Positions 26,887-29,831 of a stretch of DNA of 29,831 nt are shown here, in pieces. How positions within the stretch are numbered: position 1 is the stretch's first letter; each line of letters begins with the position of its first letter. The notes under the pieces are model-generated. The model was given only the letters and a program-made list of their open reading frames with translations. It ran no database searches and was not told the origin of the DNA. Source of the stretch: Spirochaetaceae bacterium (GTDB taxonomy: Bacteria; Spirochaetota; Spirochaetia; DSM-16054; Sediminispirochaetaceae); NCBI GenBank assembly GCA_041686355.1, contig JAWLDZ010000011.1, forward strand, positions 28,674-58,504. Direction: 5' to 3'. The translations under genes and the position numbers were made by a program.

Positions 26887-27396
26887 CTAGAGGTTGTTTA
26901 AGGATTCTATCGCCGCATCGTAATTTGGGTGGTTATGATTTTCTGTAACTATTTCGATGTAGCGTATTATATCGGTTTTATCAATGAGAAAGATGCTTCT
27001 ATTTAAGAGTCTGAGTTCATTAATCAGAACTCCGTAGTTTTCACCGAAGGATGCGTAGTAGTGGTCGGAGAGGGTTTGTACCCGATCGATTCCGGCCGCG
27101 CCACACCAGCGTTTCTGCGCGAAGGGAAGGTCCATGCTGATGGTCAGCACTTCAATCTCTGGTGAGAAATCAGAGGCCATTTCATTGAACTTTCTGGTTT
27201 GCGCATCGCAGACCCCCGTATCGAGGGAGGGGACTACGCTAATGAGCTTTACCTTTCCCTGATAATCTTCCAAACTTGTCGGAAGCAGATCGTTGTTGAG
27301 TACCGTAAAGTCCGGGGCGGCATTCCCAATCTGCAGCTCCGGTCCTATGAGGGTAATTATATTACCGCCCATTTTTGTTACTTGTCGCTCCTCCAT
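26887..27396 (-). CDS. tpx: Thiol peroxidase (Tpx, atypical 2-Cys peroxiredoxin)
   Basis: 169 aa. Aligns to E. coli Tpx over its full length, with the peroxidatic Cys in VVPSLDTGVCDAQTRKFN and the resolving Cys region MDLPFAQKRWCGAAG. RBS AAGGAG is present. Confidence 0.9.
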   Translation of the reverse strand: MEERQVTKMGGNIITLIGPELQIGNAAPDFTVLNNDLLPTSLEDYQGKVKLISVVPSLDTGVCDAQTRKFNEMASDFSPEIEVLTISMDLPFAQKRWCGAAGIDRVQTLSDHYYASFGENYGVLINELRLLNRSIFLIDKTDIIRYIEIVTENHNHPNYDAAIESLNNL

Positions 27397-27406
27397 AAAA
27401 ACTCCT

Positions 27407-28795
27407 TTATGCGTGGATCACCCAGCCTTCCGTCGCTCGGGCTGCTTCCATGAGAGCCTCGGAGAGCGTCGGATGGGCGTGGATCATTTTAGAAATGTCG
27501 GTGGTGATGAGTTCCGAAGAACGTGCCAGCAGAAGCTCATGGATTAAATCGGTAGCTTGAGTTCCGACTATTCGGGCACCAAGTATTTCTTGGGTTTTTG
27601 TACTGTAGATAATTTTGACCATGCCCTCGGTTTTTTCGATTGCCACCGACTTGCCGGCGCCGCGAATTGGAAAAGAGTTGGACGCTGCTTCATAGCCCTG
27701 CTCCTTGGCCTGCTCCTCTGTATAACCAAACCCGGCAACCTCAGGCTCGGTATATACACCGGCGGGAATAGTGGTCGGGTCGAGTCGCGGTTCAACCTTT
27801 TCGCCGGCAAGGTGCTCCACAACCAACTCGGCCTCTTTGGAGGCAACGTGGGCTAATTGGGGAGTTACCGACACTACATCTCCGACGGCATAGATTGAAT
27901 CGACCGATGTCTGATAGTAATCGCCGATCGGAATAAATCCCTTCTCGGTGGAAATGCCCACATTTTCCAGACCAATATGCTCGGTATTGGGGGCACGGCC
28001 GACCGTTACCAGCAGGGTCTCGGCCTCCAGGGTTTTGTTTCCCTTTTTGGTTTCTACGTCCAGTATTACCTTGCCATCCTCTTTCCGGGGAGGTGAAGCC
28101 TTTGCACCGGTATACATTGTAATTTTACGCTTTTTGAAGGAGCGGGCCAAAACCTTCGCCGCTTCTTCGTCTTCGGTTGGAAGAATGTGGTCCAGCATTT
28201 CCACCAGGGTAACCTCCACCCCAAAGCGGCTCATGATGTGGGTAAACTCGCAGCCGATTGCTCCGGCCCCCAGGACAAGCATGCTCTTCGGTAAATCGGT
28301 TCGCATTAGGATGTCATCGCTGCTCATAATGGTGGTCCCGTCGAACTCAAAGCCCTTGAGCTCCCGGGGTCGTGACCCGGTTGCAATCAGGATGTTGTTC
28401 GCACTGATTTTCTTGTCCTCATTCACAGTTACTTCATGCTCGCCGGTGATGGTACCGGTTCCCTGTATATACTCAACCTTGTTTTTCTTCAGCAGAAAAC
28501 CGACGCCCTTTGAAAGTTGATCGGCGGCCTTGCGGGACTCTGCATGCACATTCCCATACTCAAAACCTCCAAGGTCCACCTTAACGCCCATACGTTCCAG
28601 GTTCCCTATGGAGTGAAAGTTTTCAGCCTGATGTACCAGTGATTTAGAAGGAATACAGCCGATATTCAGGCAGACCCCGCCGGCCTTATCCTTTTCGATT
28701 ATCCCCACTTTCATTCCAAGCTGGGCGGCCCGGATTGCCCCTACATAGCCCCCCGGACCTGCTCCTATTATTAATAAATCATAATCAAACGCCAT
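27407..28795 (-). CDS. lpdA: Dihydrolipoyl dehydrogenase (E3)
   Basis: N-terminal FAD motif DLLIIGAGPGGYVGAIRAAQLG, redox disulfide GGVCLNIGCIPSK and C-terminal HAHPTLSE. RBS AAGGAGG overlaps the E2 stop. Confidence 0.9.
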   Translation of the reverse strand: MAFDYDLLIIGAGPGGYVGAIRAAQLGMKVGIIEKDKAGGVCLNIGCIPSKSLVHQAENFHSIGNLERMGVKVDLGGFEYGNVHAESRKAADQLSKGVGFLLKKNKVEYIQGTGTITGEHEVTVNEDKKISANNILIATGSRPRELKGFEFDGTTIMSSDDILMRTDLPKSMLVLGAGAIGCEFTHIMSRFGVEVTLVEMLDHILPTEDEEAAKVLARSFKKRKITMYTGAKASPPRKEDGKVILDVETKKGNKTLEAETLLVTVGRAPNTEHIGLENVGISTEKGFIPIGDYYQTSVDSIYAVGDVVSVTPQLAHVASKEAELVVEHLAGEKVEPRLDPTTIPAGVYTEPEVAGFGYTEEQAKEQGYEAASNSFPIRGAGKSVAIEKTEGMVKIIYSTKTQEILGARIVGTQATDLIHELLLARSSELITTDISKMIHAHPTLSEALMEAARATEGWVIHA

Positions 28796-28804
28796 ACTGC
28801 CTCC

Positions 28805-29831
28805 TTAAAGCAATGCCTGCATCGGATTTTCAAACGTAGCCTTCAAATCGCGCAGGAAAGCGGCTCCTACCGCACCGTCAATAACCCGATGGTCACAGGA
28901 GAGAGTCAACTTCATCTTATTATCAAACGAAATTGAACCATTTTCAAGCTCTACCGGCTCGCGGGTAACTGATCCAACCGCCATTATGGCCGAGGCCGGC
29001 GGGTTGATGATAGCGGTAAACTGTTCAACCCCGTACGTCCCCAGGTTGCTGATGGAAAAACTGGCGCCGCTGTACTCCTCAGGCTGAAGCTTGCCCGCCC
29101 GGGCTTTAGCTACCAGCTGCTGTACCTCGCCGTCTATTTGACGAATACCCTTGCCGCCGCAGTTACGGACTACCGGAGTAATGAGCCCGTCATCCAGGGC
29201 TACAGCCAGTCCGATGTCAATTGAGCCGGGAATGTATATCTCTTGTTCCTTCCAGGCGGCGTTGACAATGGGGTGCCGTTTGATCGCCTCCGCGGTCAGT
29301 TTCATGATAAAGGCATTCAGGCTGAGTTTTGCTCCGCCCGCCTTGAGGCTCTGCTGGTTAATCTGCTCGCGGGCCTTGGTAAGCGGATCGGTGCGCAGCG
29401 AGCTGGACAGATAATAGTGGGGTGCGCTGTATTTGGATTCGGACAGCCGTTGGGCGATAACTGCCCGCTTGCGGCTGATTTTCAGGTGTTGCTCTTCGAT
29501 TCCGGTGGAGGAGACCGGAGGCTGGGTGCCAAGTCCGCCGCCGGGGGCTGGTGCCTTCTGTACAGCAGCCTCGCCGGCTGCTTGGACGGTAGACCGGGCC
29601 GAAGCTTGTGGGCTGCCGCCGGACTTCGCCGCTTCTACGTCTTTTTTGACAATTCGCCCGTCCGGGCCGGATCCCTGTCCCTGCAGGGCCGCCAGGTCGA
29701 TACCGGCCTCTTCGGCTATATTGCGAGCCAGAGGCGAGGCCTTGATGCGGCCGCCCTCAAGGCCGCTTGCACTTTGGCCTCCGCCGGCTTCCGGAACTTT
29801 GCCGGGCGTGCCGCCGGCTGCCGTGCCGCCT
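28805..29831 (-). CDS. Dihydrolipoamide acyltransferase (2-oxoacid dehydrogenase E2), 5' end beyond the window
   Basis: The reading frame stays open upstream of the ORF-track M at 29305. Peripheral subunit-binding domain SPLARNIAEEAGIDLAALQGQGSGPDGRIVKKDV at ~29650-29750. Catalytic-domain motif DHRVIDGA. Which 2-oxoacid complex it belongs to is undetermined because E1 lies outside the window. Confidence 0.85.
   Translation of the reverse strand, partial: GGTAAGGTPGKVPEAGGGQSASGLEGGRIKASPLARNIAEEAGIDLAALQGQGSGPDGRIVKKDVEAAKSGGSPQASARSTVQAAGEAAVQKAPAPGGGLGTQPPVSSTGIEEQHLKISRKRAVIAQRLSESKYSAPHYYLSSSLRTDPLTKAREQINQQSLKAGGAKLSLNAFIMKLTAEAIKRHPIVNAAWKEQEIYIPGSIDIGLAVALDDGLITPVVRNCGGKGIRQIDGEVQQLVAKARAGKLQPEEYSGASFSISNLGTYGVEQFTAIINPPASAIMAVGSVTREPVELENGSISFDNKMKLTLSCDHRVIDGAVGAAFLRDLKATFENPMQALL

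Noticed and set aside
1-29831. Search for CRISPR arrays, tRNA/rRNA genes, transposase or integrase genes, and prophage signatures
   Set aside because: No spaced direct-repeat arrays and no cloverleaf-compatible or rRNA-like conserved segments were recognised. No ORF shows DDE transposase, tyrosine or serine recombinase, or phage structural motifs. The giant protein's length suggested a tape-measure protein, but no other phage genes are present.

Overview
This is a high-GC (~55-60%), gene-dense bacterial chromosomal segment from a diderm organism, judged so by the many lipobox signal peptides, a TolC-family protein and Lol-type components. No tRNA, rRNA, CRISPR array or mobile-element genes were found. 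Five blocks can be read from the sequence.

- **Block 1 (1-6207, minus strand):** an operon with the order YtrA-type GntR regulator, SPFH/stomatin-like membrane protein, ABC ATPase, two FtsX-family (LolC/E/MacB-like) permeases, a LolA-like lipoprotein-sorting-family protein and a secreted hypothetical protein. Upstream of it lie a near-perfect GntR-type palindromic operator overlapping a sigma70-like promoter, and a perfect 3x11-bp phased A-tract repeat.
- **Block 2 (6404-7951, plus strand):** a lipoprotein gene transcribed divergently from block 1.
- **Block 3 (7970-20121, minus strand):** an eight-gene efflux-type operon with the order TPR lipoprotein, TolC-family outer membrane factor, long coiled-coil HlyD-type membrane fusion protein, two tandem paralogous Ig-like (Big_5/SbsA-like) lipoproteins, a truncated RND paralog that lacks TM7-12, a complete RND permease and an SDR oxidoreductase. 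Three consecutive junctions in this operon are ATGA stop/start overlaps.
- **Block 4 (20237-26783, plus strand):** a 2114-aa gene transcribed divergently from block 3. It encodes a signal peptide, about 1300 aa of Q/E/L-rich coiled coil, and a W/G/D-rich C-terminal globular region of about 800 aa that ends in a putative papain-like Cys...His...Asp motif. A 44-aa single-TM micro-ORF with a strong RBS follows it; this micro-ORF is absent from the ORF track. A bidirectional hairpin terminator closes the block. This block is the best candidate for an undescribed system.
- **Block 5 (26887-end, minus strand):** 2-oxoacid dehydrogenase E2 (partial), lpdA and thiol peroxidase tpx, tightly linked.
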